This document shows positions 1-9,995 of a DNA stretch of 28,555 nucleotides, one piece after another. Made by a program: the position numbers and the translations under genes. Source of the stretch: Paramoeba atlantica (taxonomy: Eukaryota; Protista; Discosea); assembly GCA_977017575.1 (NCBI GenBank), contig CDRNVI010000218.1, positions 1-28,555 on the forward strand, written 5' to 3'. The notes beneath the pieces were generated by a model. The model ran no database searches. It was not told the origin of the DNA and worked only from the letters and a program-made list of their open reading frames with translations. Position 1 is the first letter of the stretch. Each line of letters starts with the position of its first letter.

Positions 1-755
1 CCTAAACCCTAAACCCTAAACCCTAAACCCTAAACCCTAAACCCTAAACCCTAAACCCTAAACCCTAAACCCTAAACCCTAAACCCTAAACCCTAAACCC
101 TAAACCCTAAACCCTAAACCCTAAACCCTAAACCCTAAACCCTAAACCCTAAACCCTAAACCCTAAACCCTAAACCCTAAACCCTAAACCCTAAACCCTA
201 AACCCTAAACCCTAAACCCTAAACCCTAAACCCTAAACCCTAAACCCTAAACCCTAAACCCTAAACCCTAAACCCTAAACCCTAAACCCTAAACCCTAAA
301 CCCTAAACCCTAAACCCTAAACCCTAAACCCTAAACCCTAAACCCTAAACCCTAAACCCTAAACCCTAAACCCTAAACCCTAAACCCTAAACCCTAAACC
401 CTAAACCCTAAACCCTAAACCCTAAACCCTAAACCCTAAACCCTAAACCCTAAACCCTAAACCCTAAACCCTAAACCCTAAACCCTAAACCCTAAACCCT
501 AAACCCTAAACCCTAAACCCTAAACCCTAAACCCTAAACCCTAAACCCTAAACCCTAAACCCTAAACCCTAAACCCTAAACCCTAAACCCTAAACCCTAA
601 ACCCTAAACCCTAAACCCTAAACCCTAAACCCTAAACCCTAAACCCTAAACCCTAAACCCTAAACCCTAAACCCTAAACCCTAAACCCTAAACCCTAAAC
701 CCTAAACCCTAAACCCTAAACCCTAAAACCTAAACCCTAAACCCTAAACCCTAAA
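1..755. repeat. Telomeric array (CCCTAAA)n / (TTTAGGG)n, ~108 units
   Basis: Uninterrupted 7-mer from base 1 to 755, C-rich strand on + as expected for a left chromosome end. One variant unit, ACCTAAA, at 728-734. Confidence 0.99.
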
Positions 756-953
756 TTTCCTTATTTAGTCAATTTTTTCGCATCAATTAAAAAGCTCCAA
801 ATGATGAAAAATGAATGATAGAAAATAAATCCTATTCAATAAAGGTTTTTTTAAACATATTATCAACTTTAAATCAATTTTTTGATTTCTGACATGATTT
901 TATTAACACATTACAAAAAGTAGTTTCTCAAAAGTATGCTTACATAAAAGATC

Positions 954-1640
954 TATAAAAATCTCTCAATATCAAAAAATGAAAAATGAAAGTAATAGAG
1001 TAGTGTAAAAACATCAAATGAATCTTAAAATAAAGAAAATCAATTTGAGATTTATCTATTTTGTTTTTATGTAGGGAGCAATAATATTATTTGTTATAAT
1101 AGGGAAACAGAGCCAAAAGTTCCAAAAGTATGTTTACAAAAGGATGCTATAAAAATCTCTCAATATTAAAAAATGAAAAATAAAAGTAATAAAGTAGTGT
1201 AAAAACATGAAATTAATCTATGTTTAAAGAAAACTTTGAAAAATTTTATATATTCTCCTATTATGTAGGTACCAATTCATTGATGTTTTTTTATATGTAA
1301 AATACATAGAAAAAATACTCATATTTTTGGACTCTATAAAAATCTCTCAAAATGAAAAAATGAAAAATAAAAATAATAAAGTAGTGTAAAAACATGAAAT
1401 TAATCTATGTTTAAGGAAAACCATGAAAAATTTTATATATGACCTGATAATGTAGGGAGGAGACTAAAATTATATGTTTGTATGTAAAAATCATATAAAT
1501 GTTTTCTCAATTATTTTTGTTTTATGAGACAAAATCAAAAATCTGGCTGGTTCAAGTTTTAGAAAATAGTTTTTTTTATTATGTTATCAAAAAAAATGAG
1601 TCCCAGCTCACTTATTTCCTCAATATGTAGGGTGCCACTT
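954..1640. repeat. Degenerate ~190-bp subtelomeric satellite
   Basis: TATAAAAATCTCTC at 954, 1148 and 1335, each followed by AGTAGTGTAAAAACAT. ATGTAGG recurs at ~1069, 1263, 1450 and 1625 with the same period. Confidence 0.8.
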
Positions 1641-1827
1641 TAAAGTCCTATCATTATATGTGAATTTCATATATAAGACCTCTTCGTAAACTGCCTATAA
1701 CTTTTTGTGACATATTCGGATTTTAAAAAAAAATATGCCATTAGGAAGACAAAAATGAGGCGCATCTTTCTACCAGTCTCGATTTTCCGAATTGTGAAAA
1801 AAAGTGGTTCAAAACAAAGTAATTAGG

Positions 1828-1840
1828 CCCTAAACCCTAA
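1828..1840 (+). repeat. Interstitial telomeric seed CCCTAAACCCTAA (second copy at 2670-2682)
   Basis: Two telomere units lie exactly at the end of each 401-bp unit, in the same orientation as the terminal array. Confidence 0.85.
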
Positions 1841-2207
1841 TGACCTGATAATGTAGGGAGGAGACTAAAATTATATGTTTGTATGTAAAAATCATATAAA
1901 TGTTTTCTCAATTATTTTTGTTCTATGAGACAAAATCAAAAATCTGGCTGGTCCAAGTTTTAGAAAATAGTTTTTTTTATTATGTTATCAAAAAAAATGA
2001 GTCCCAGCTCACTTGTTTCCTCAATATGTAGGGTGCCACTTTAAAGTCTTATCATTATATGTGAATTTCATACATAAGACCTCTTCGTAAACTGCCTATA
2101 ACTTTTTGTGACATATTCGGATTTTAAAAAAAAATATGCCATTAGGAAGACAAAAATGAGGCGCATCTTTCTACCAGTCTCGATTTTCCGAATTGTGAAA
2201 AAAGTGG

Positions 2208-2630
2208 GTTGGTGCCTGTAGTTTAGTCGTAAATTCGACTATGTCCAACTCCGGGGGGGCGAGTTCAAATCCCAGTTTTTCGATATTATAGAAAATTTTT
2301 CTGGTGCTGTAGAGTGATTTGATTGGAGTGAGGAGCTCTTGAAGAAGTGTGAAAATCGGAACAGGTTACATCTCAGCCCTGTCTGCTAAAAAGTTGAGGA
2401 TAAATTCCTTTGGAAGGAGCTTTGGATTATTCTCCCTTCTGATGTACATCCTCCAGCCTGAACTTGCAGAAGTTCTAAAGTTCAGCATAAAGACCGACTG
2501 AACTAAGCTGAAGTTTAAAACTTCACCTCTCGTTAGAGGTTAAAAACAAACATAATTTAATGTAATTCAAATGGCTTAGATTAAGAACTACTAATTGAAT
2601 AAAGTCTGCCTCAAAAAAAAAAAAAAAAAA
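2208..2630 (+). mobile_element. tRNA-derived SINE (~420 bp) with poly(A) tail and 18/19-bp TSD
   Basis: TSD GAATTGTGAAAAAA(A)GTGG at 2190-2207 and 2631-2649. tRNA-like head with A box (~2219-2230) and B box GAGTTCAAATCCC (2261-2273). AATAAA at 2598-2603, then an A tract 2613-2630. The uninterrupted target is present at 1789-1807. Confidence 0.9.
2219..2273 (+). promoter_or_regulatory. Internal RNA Pol III type-2 promoter (A box + B box) of the SINE
   Basis: TAGTTTAGTCGT and GAGTTCAAATCCC, starts 42 nt apart, which is tRNA-like spacing. Confidence 0.75.
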
Positions 2631-2678
2631 GAATTGTGAAAAAAAGTGGTTCAAAACAAAGTAATTAGGCCCTAAACC

Positions 2679-4484
2679 CTAATTAGCATTCAAATTTGCA
2701 AAACCTCGTTGGCTACTCTGATAAAAGTGCATACAATCCAAGTAGTGGACCTGCTCCCCAGCTTCTGCTGCCCAAGGTTGCAAATTCCCAAACTAACAAT
2801 ACATATCTGCTGCATGAGCTTCTAGAATGTGGAAATAAATTTGCCAGGTAGAACTCATCTCCCCTCCCCAATCCGTGAAGCTTTCCTTCCAAAAACCAAT
2901 TTTTTTTTCAAAATTAATGGTGACTGCTTCATGATTTGACCCTTTTGGGGGGTCACTTGTCAGCATTTGAAAACATTCTCAAAAAGTAACCCACAATGAT
3001 GTTGTGGATGGTCGATTTGGATTGCAACAAAAGATTCTTTTGACATTCTCCAATACTTGCTGCATTTGAGTGTCTATGTATCGCCCCAATTTCCAATTTC
3101 CATCATCACCAACTCGGAATTGAAAAGGAATTTTGCATTTAGAAAACACAAAGACCAGCAACTTCAATGATTTGGTCTTCAATGAGTGATTCTTCTCAAA
3201 TCATTCTTTTGTGGAGCTTTTCTCATATTCTTCCTCCAGACGAGATTTCAACAAAAGGAAAGAGGAAGGTGAAGAAGAAAAAGATGAAGAGGAAGAGGAA
3301 GAGGATGAAGATGAGAAGGGTAAGGAAGATGAAGGTGAGTTCAATGATGAGGATGAACATGAAGAGAAATCTTGAAAGTCAGCCCACCACTTTGCTATTA
3401 AATCAATTCTCAAGATTAAATGAGCTGAGTTCTTCAGTATCTTTTACTTACAAAAGTTTGATTTCCATTCGTCCCGCAATGACTCACTGTTCAATCCTTC
3501 CAACCATTTTTCTTCTTCTCGAAATTGTGTATTCTCATTAGAATATTGATAGAAAAGCAAGAAATTAAATTCATTGTGGCATTTCTGTTGAGACCTCCTC
3601 CCAACCTCAATTTGAGAGCATACTTTTTCTAGCACCCACTTATTTTCCTTCAATTCATTTTGAATTTGAGTTTTGGCAAATTCATCGAGAACAGTTTCAA
3701 CAATATTCATTGCAGTCTTAAATTTTGTTTCGAAAAAGCTTCACTTTAAAATGACGTAATTTATCCACAATTCAAGGAATTTCATTTCATCAAATGTTTC
3801 GTGGCCACAAAAAGTTTTCATTATATTCAGCAACCATTTTTGTCCATTCAAGGTTTGGGGTGGGTTTGGAGGCAATTGATTCTTTTTGCTTATATTTTGT
3901 CCATTCTCCAAAAATCTTTGTTCTTCTTCCAAATACCTTCCAAAATATCGATTTTCAGCTTCAAATTCAAAGAGAAAGTCCTTCAAAAACGAAATTGACT
4001 CTTTATCTTCAGTGATTGCAAGTAGTTCATGCTGTTTTTCTTCTTTTGACAACATCCCAGGAAGAGAACATATCTTTTTTTTGTTTTCAATTTCGATATT
4101 TAATAAATGAATTCGTTCTTTCAATGGAGATGAGTAACTGTCACTTTGAGATTGTAAGTTTTTAAGAGTCGATTGAACTTGAGTGTCGAGCTCCTGATAA
4201 ACAAGATGACGAGCAGTTTTGTGAAAGTTTTGAATTGCCTCAATCTTCCCCTTAACTTGGAAAAAATGAGATGAAAAGATATTTGCTGAGTTTTTGGGGA
4301 AACCTGATATTGAAGAAATACAAAACAAGTCTCTTTTGAGGGTTTTGATCATTTGTTCCTGCTCCACTTTTTCAGCTGATCCTTGGTTTTCACTTTTTCA
4401 TTTTCGTTTTCGACTTTTTTCTTCCTTCTTGAAATGAATATGACTATTCTCATCTTGAGCAAACTCAAAAATCAAATCATTCAT
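2679..4484 (-). pseudogene. Decayed Transib/RAG1-like DDE transposase
   Basis: Track ORFs 3741-4367, 3444-3710, 3201-3413 and 2979-3182 share one frame. Read through, it runs 602 codons from ATG 4484 to TAG 2679 with six internal stops (TGA 4398, TGA 3741, TAA 3444, TGA 3201, TGA 2979, TAG 2793) and no frameshift. The C-terminal YFHILEAHAADMYC*FGNLQPWAAEAGE aligns without gaps to RAG1 [28 protein letters not shown]. The first two catalytic Asp were not recognised. Confidence 0.6.
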
Positions 4485-5619
4485 CTTTACTCTCTCAACA
4501 AATCAAAAACAAAACTGATGTCACAAAAGAAGGAGAAAGGTTCCACTTTTTACTTGCTCAAAATTAAATTGTTCTCTGAAGTTTATATTTAAAAAAGCAC
4601 TTTTTTAAAAGTCGTACATTCAATTTTTTATGCACTTTAAAGGATCAAATGTCTTTTTGATTTCAAGGTTTTTTTTCAAACTTTTCTCTTGTATTTAGAA
4701 ATAAAAACCCCTTTTTCTTCTAAATTAAAACAAAACCAATCAAATATTGACACGTTGGCACTATACAAAAATTCTGTAATGATGTTTCAGTATTTCCTTG
4801 GAATCATGTTCAAGTTCAAGATAAGCATCTGCCATCCTTTAGAAAATGCTACATGTGAATGACTCCACACATGGGTTTGTGAAAGAAGAGGGGATCTCTT
4901 CACACTCAAAAATTGGTTTTGGCCAAGGGCTAGTCTCAGGGCAAGCCTAAACTCTTAATCTGTCAAGATTGACAGATCTCTGGAGAGCAGGAAACAAAGA
5001 ACAGAAACACACACGCCAAAGACAAGTCAAAAATGTGAGTTTTATTCTTGGGGCAAAAACAAGGGGAACATTTGAACTAGAGATAAAATACAGGAGCAGA
5101 GAAAACACAGTTGAGACGGGGGTGTGACAGAGATAAAAGGAGTATTAAATTAGCATTTTGATTGAGGAAAACAAGAACAGAATTAAATCGGGACAGGACA
5201 AAATAAACATCAGGAAAAACAGGAAAGAGGAAAATAATACAAGGGAAAAATACAACAGAAAAGAAGGGAGGAAGGGGAAAGAGGGAGCAGTGGTCAATCA
5301 GAGGAGCAAAGCGACGAGATGGCATCAAATTGAATAGAAGACAAATGAAACAGGGTTCAGAACAGTGATTTTTTGTTTTGTTGTGTAATTTTCAGTGGAA
5401 ATGTACACTTGGGGGGGTGTTAGGTTGTGAGAGTGTTTTGATTCTTAAAGATGCTTTTTGATTTGATGTTGTTTTGTTGTTTCCTCTGTGTTTCTCTAAT
5501 TAAAAACCATTTTATTTTGTCCAAATTTGTGTTTCATCATGGGCAAACGAAAAACCAGCCAAAAAAAATGGTTCCTACTTTTAAATAAGCTTTTTTTGTT
5601 TTTTTGTTTTTGTTTGAGA

Positions 5620-6423
5620 ATGGTGTTTGTTCCTGTAGTGCCTGATGCATTTTCTGAAGATACAATCTTGCTTTATGTCATGGGAAAGCAGAATTTCAAC
5701 AGAGCCAAAGTGATGATTGCTTGTGGTGATGTTCATGATCTTCATTTCTCTGAATCAGAAGCTGGTCAATGGGACTATGAAGCATTTGTCCATGCGGAGA
5801 TGGTTGCCAACAAGAATTACCTTGTTCATGTTTCACTTGCTCATTCTTCAATTCTGACCACAAAATGTGTTTGCAAGGCCTTCAAGAACAAGCATAACAA
5901 GTGTAAGCATGTTGCTACTTTATTGTTGACTCTTTTTCTTCTTGCAAAATGTCCAAACTCTCCACCGAAGTGGATCACAAATTGAAGAAGAAAGCTTGTG
6001 CCAATGAAATGTCTTTCTGATTGGGCAATTTATAAAAAAATCAAATTTGATTTGGATTGGAATGGGATTAAATAAGAATTTTTCGAGAAAGTCCCAAAAC
6101 ACAATGATAAAGCTCCAGTCCTTATCACTTCCCCAGAGGTAAAGAAGAGAAAGAAAAAAGATCCAGAAAAGAAACAAACAAACAAAAAAGAAAGTCAAGA
6201 AAAAAAAAGTCAGAAAAAGAAAGAATCAAAGATAAAAGAAAGGGAGGAGGAAGGGGTGGAGAAGAAGAGGAAAAGAAAAAGAAAATGTGAAGAACCCCTT
6301 CAGTTTGGGCCAACAAAAAGAAAGAGAACACCAATCTCATACCCAAAAGAATTGGAAGGAACAAGTCAATCAAAAAAAGAAGAATGGCGACTTGCTCAAG
6401 TTTTGGAAGAAGTAAAAAAATAA
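5620..6423 (+). pseudogene. SWIM zinc-finger accessory protein of the transposon, Lys/Glu-rich tail
   Basis: From ATG 5620: SWIM motif CVCKAFKNKHNKCKHVATLL (CxC-xn-CxH). The same frame continues through TGA 5983 and TAA 6073 to TAA 6421-6423. Confidence 0.8.
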
Positions 6424-7930
6424 AACCAAAAATATTATTAGTATTTAAATTTGTTTAATATTACATTTCTCAAGAAACCAATTCATCAAAGCAGCAGAAA
6501 ACAAAATCATTTTGTATGTTTGCATCAAGTTGTTACAATGGCTTGGTTGTTGAAATATTGGCCAGCATTTAATTCGTTGGATCATTCGTTCAACAACACC
6601 TCGCAATCGTGCAATCACAGGATCAAAGACAACATCCTTCAACTGAGCATTCTTTGCCTTCTCCCCCACCTCCTCTTCTTCTTTGTCCAGATCTCGAGTT
6701 TCCTCACCAGATTTTGTAATTCCTACATCCCACCCTTCAGGTTTGTTGATGTAAGGATATGCTTTGTCCCCCCCAATCTCTCTCTTAAAGGTTTCCCCAT
6801 CAACACAAGTTTCGTGGTTTGAATACATGTGAGTGAGTTCTTTCACCACAGAAGCCTCATTCCAATGGGTTTTGTCATGAACTGATCCATCTCAAAGGTC
6901 GTTTGAAAGATAAACAATTCGTCCACAAGGAGAAACAACAACAAAAAACACATATGCTGGGATTGTGTGTTTTCCATTTCGAATTGCACAGGAGATTAAA
7001 GGGTCACCACTATTTTATCATTCCACCACAGTTCCATCAGCAAAATAGAAAAGGGTTTTCCAATATTGTTGATACTCATGTGTGTGTTTCACAAATTTTC
7101 CAGGAATTACGAATCCACTCTTCATCAGAGAGAAAGAAGATTTGAGATTTCGCCCATGGGAGAAGATCTTCCAATGCTCCATCAAACCAATTTATCAATG
7201 TTTTTGAACAAATCAGTTGATCATCCACATAAAATGATTTTGCAATTGTCTCAAAAGGGAGTCTTGTTGAAAATGTAAAAAAAAGTAAATCTAAAAGGAG
7301 ACCTGGGGTTTTTTTTACAACTGAGGAAGTTGGATCAATTTTGAGATATCCAGTGAGTTCAGAGAAAAGCTCATTGTGGATTCTTGGATCCTTTGTTCGA
7401 AACCATGATACCTTATCTTCAATCTCACTAAGGTTCAAATGAATTCCTGCTTTTTGTTTCATTAGTCTTCTTTTCATGTGGTGGAAATTTCTTTCCACTT
7501 CCATTTTCTGTTGGTCCAGAACAGAAACACGGAACTGTAATTCCTCATTTTTTTCCTCCACTTCTTCTTGCTTCTTTTCCACTTCTTCTTGCTTCTTTTT
7601 CAAATTCACAATTTCTTCTTTCAACTGGGAAACCAAATCGAGTTTTGGTCTTCGAGAAGGGACAAACTCTCAGGGGTACGGGGCCTTTCGTTTTGAGTTT
7701 CTACTGGAGATTCGTGAGAAACTTTCAAATCCCTGTTTTTTTTTCAAGTGAGTTCAATGGACACAAAAGAAATTAAAATAGAGAGGCTACATCGATTTTT
7801 TTTATCCCAGGGTAGGTTCTCCTTGTGTATTGAACCACCTCCTCATGATCATGATCATTGAAGTGATCACAACATAAATATACACATTTGGATGGTGTTT
7901 CTTTTTGGTGGATTTGACAAAGCCATTCAA

Positions 7931-9082
7931 TTTTTTTTTTTTAAAGTTCAGACACCAGGTGCCATTTATTAGAGTTAAAAAACCATCTCTAGGATGGAAA
8001 AGAGAGGGGAAGAAAGGGGGGGGGGAGGGAAGATAAATTAAGAGTTAGATCCAAAGATCTCTTCAACATGGGATGCATTGGAGTTTCTTTACCAACTTCA
8101 GTTTTCACTAAGGGGTCTGCGTTTGATTGTCCGCCTTCTAAAACCAAGGAGTGAGTTCGGTTTGGAGGTTTCTATGAAGTTAATTACATTCCTTCGAAAA
8201 TCTTCCTCAATAAAGCTCCTCACCAGATTGCTCTCTTGGGACTGATGGAACCATCCTTGGATATCTTTAGTAATTATTACAGGGAGGATTAGAGCATTCT
8301 CAAGAGCAGTTTGGGCTGGAAACAAAACATGGGGGGTTGTCACCGTGTTTCCTTGGAATTTCCTTACAAAATTCCCTGGGGGGATGGGGAAAGTCCAGTC
8401 ATGGGTGAGAGGGGAATTGATCCAGTTCCACAGGGTTGAATTCAAAATAATCCACTCTTCACTGGTTTCTGCAACATGTTGTGATCTTGGATCCCAATGA
8501 TGGTCATTCACAGCACATGTTCCATCCTCTTTAGACCAACTTGCAGCAGTTGCAATTGCATCAGCTCGCTTGTTAAGTTCTTGGGGTACATGGATGAATT
8601 CTATCTCGTCAAAGCACATTGCTAACTTACGGATTTCACAAAGTAGTTCATTCAAGGCATAGTTTTTGATGGCATGGGTTTTGGGTGCAGCCTTGGTGAG
8701 AATCATACAATCCCCAACAACTTCAATCTCATTCATCATTGATCTGGCGCATTGCATTCCTTTCAAACAGCCTGTAAATTCACCAATATTGTTGGACCCA
8801 AGAGGGATGGTTTCAAACCCACCACATATCTCTTTCCCTTCCCTGAAAACTGCAAAGCCCGCACCCCCCAGATGAGGGTCTGTACAGCCTGAACCGTCAT
8901 AAAACACTTGAAAGCCTTTAAATTTAAAACTTTCCTTTTCTTTGGTTCCTTTCTTTGTTTGGGTTCTTGGGGGCCGAGGGAGGATTTTGTTCTTTCTCAA
9001 GATTTTTTCGAAAATTTCAGTAGCATACTGGGGTGATTTCGATCCTTCTGCACACACTGTGAGCCACAAACTCAACAGGGCA
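7931..9082 (-). mobile_element. 5'-truncated non-LTR retrotransposon (LINE) fragment with RNase H
   Basis: Perfect 14-bp TSD ACAAAGCCATTCAA at 7917-7930 and 9083-9096. Poly(A) tail on the minus strand (T12, 7931-7942) and AATAAA at 7965-7970. No RT domain remains. Confidence 0.9.
8098..9082 (-). CDS. C-terminal LINE ORF fragment with type-1 RNase H domain (5'-truncated, open)
   Basis: VFYDGSG (D), SNNIGEF (E), VVGDC (D), HVPQELNKRADAIA (H, D): all four catalytic acids intact and no internal stop. The track start MTLNGFV comes from host sequence and the TSD. Confidence 0.8.
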
Positions 9083-9488
9083 ACAAAGCCATTCAAGGTC
9101 ATCTCCAGGTAAGGTTTTACTCACATGTGTTGTCTTGACAACTCATTCACAAAGATAACATTTCAATCCCATTTTCAGAAACAAACCACAGGAAACACAC
9201 AAAAAGAAAAAACGGGCAAAAAGCTTATCTCAAATATGGGTAATAGACCCTATTATTTAGACACCTAAATTTTGGCTATTTTTTGTTTGCCCATGAATTT
9301 GGTTTGTATTGCTTTTGTTGTGCTTTGAGCAGAAGTTGTAGAAATCATAGTAAATTTAGGAGATTTAAACTGAACTGTTTCTTTGTTCTCTTTGTTTTAA
9401 TAGTAGAAATGTGCCACTCCAGACTGTTGTCCATTCAATATATTCCTGACATGCCTTCTTTAGTCTGATCCAAAGTAGACATGTTTAA

Positions 9489-9995
9489 ACTGCTGCAAGT
9501 TGGTCTAAAGAGAATGGAGAATGTGCTGTGAATAACCATCAATTGAGGATCCAAGAGTTGAAACATATTGTTGGAACCAGTGAAGAGTGGATTGTTCTAA
9601 ATTCAACTTTGTGGAGTTGGATCAATTCCCCTCTAGTCTGTGAACTAGGTGCCTTCTCAATCCCTTCAATGAATTTTGTAAGAAAGTTCCAAGGAAACAC
9701 ACAGTGACTACTCCTCACATATTGTTTCCAACTCAAAGTGCTCTTGAAAATGCTCTAATCCTCTCTCTGTCATTATTACTAAGGACATTCAGGAATGGAT
9801 CCCCCAGTCCCAAGAGAAGGATCTTGTGAAAAACTTTATGGAAAATGACTTTCAAAGGAATGTTAAAAAACTATGTGTTTAAGTCTTAATTTATCTCCCC
9901 TTTCCCCAAGTCCTTTCTTTCCCCCCTTTTCCATCTTAGTGAAGGTTTTTTAATTTCAATAAATGGCATCTGGTGTCTGACAAACAAAAAAAAAA
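9489..9995 (+). mobile_element. Second, more decayed 3' fragment of the same LINE family, opposite orientation
   Basis: Reads TAASWSKENGECAVN...SEEWIVLNSTLWSWINSPL...NFVRKFQGNT...KDIQEW...DFQRNV with frameshifts, homologous to 8098-8550. Shares the 3' UTR ending AATAAATGGCA(C/T)CTGGTGTCTGA plus an A-rich tail (9981-9995). No TSD found. Confidence 0.85.

Larger units (their letters stand above)
1440..2682. repeat. Near-identical 401-bp tandem duplication; copy 2 interrupted by a SINE
   Basis: Copy 1 is 1440-1840; copy 2 is 1841-2207 plus 2650-2682. Both start TGACCTGATAATGTAGGGAGG and end ...GTAATTAGGCCCTAAACCCTAA, with only a few substitutions. Confidence 0.95.
6445..9172 (-). pseudogene. 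THAP-HTH-DDE transposase (DDE_Tnp_4/Harbinger-like), split by a LINE
   Basis: Removing the LINE and one TSD copy gives MGLKCYLCE*VVKTTHVSKTLPGDDLEWLCQIHQKETPSKCVYLCCDHF (THAP-like C2-x36-CxxH with P, W, F). Then a coiled coil, an HTH-like segment, FADGT (D1), VSPCGRIVYLS, GSVHD, GDKAY (D2), IARLRGVVERMIQRIK (E) and AALMN. Stops at 9143, 7670, 7018, 7015 and 6892; frameshift in a (CA)n run at ~7080. Confidence 0.88.
5541..9292. mobile_element. ISL2EU-type (PIF/Harbinger-related) DNA transposon, both ends present, decayed
   Basis: Imperfect TIRs: GGGCAAACGAAAAACCAGCCAAAA (5541-5564) versus reverse complement of 9270-9292, GGGCAAACAAAAAATAGCCAAAA. AT on both flanks (5539-5540, 9293-9294). Two convergent ORFs: a SWIM protein and a THAP+DDE_Tnp_4-like transposase. 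Confidence 0.85.

Noticed and set aside
2211-2275. Functional tRNA gene
   Set aside because: A and B boxes are present, but there is no convincing acceptor stem or anticodon arm, and it heads a TSD-flanked poly(A) element.
3241-3375. Acidic plus-strand peptide (EEEKDEEEEEEDED)
   Set aside because: Short, bounded by stops, with no start or splice support; it is antisense to the Ser-rich linker of the long minus frame.
4958-4977. 20-bp palindrome ATCTGTCAA-GA-TTGACAGAT
   Set aside because: Isolated, with no partner end or recurrence in the window.
5527-5619. N-terminal extension of the SWIM ORF
   Set aside because: It runs through the TSD, TIR and a T-rich tract; ATG 5620 is more plausible.
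9083-9102. Start of a 334-aa stand-alone RNase H gene
   Set aside because: MTLNGFV is transposon sequence plus the TSD read in another frame, not the native start.
2679-9172. Genome-wide alternative genetic code
   Set aside because: The long host ORFs have no in-frame stops, and all three stop types plus frameshifts occur in the transposon frames.
7948-9980. ~100-bp terminal inverted repeats of a DNA transposon
   Set aside because: Homology extends ~500 bp into coding sequence, both arms end in AATAAA plus an A tail, and one has its own TSD: these are two LINE 3' ends.
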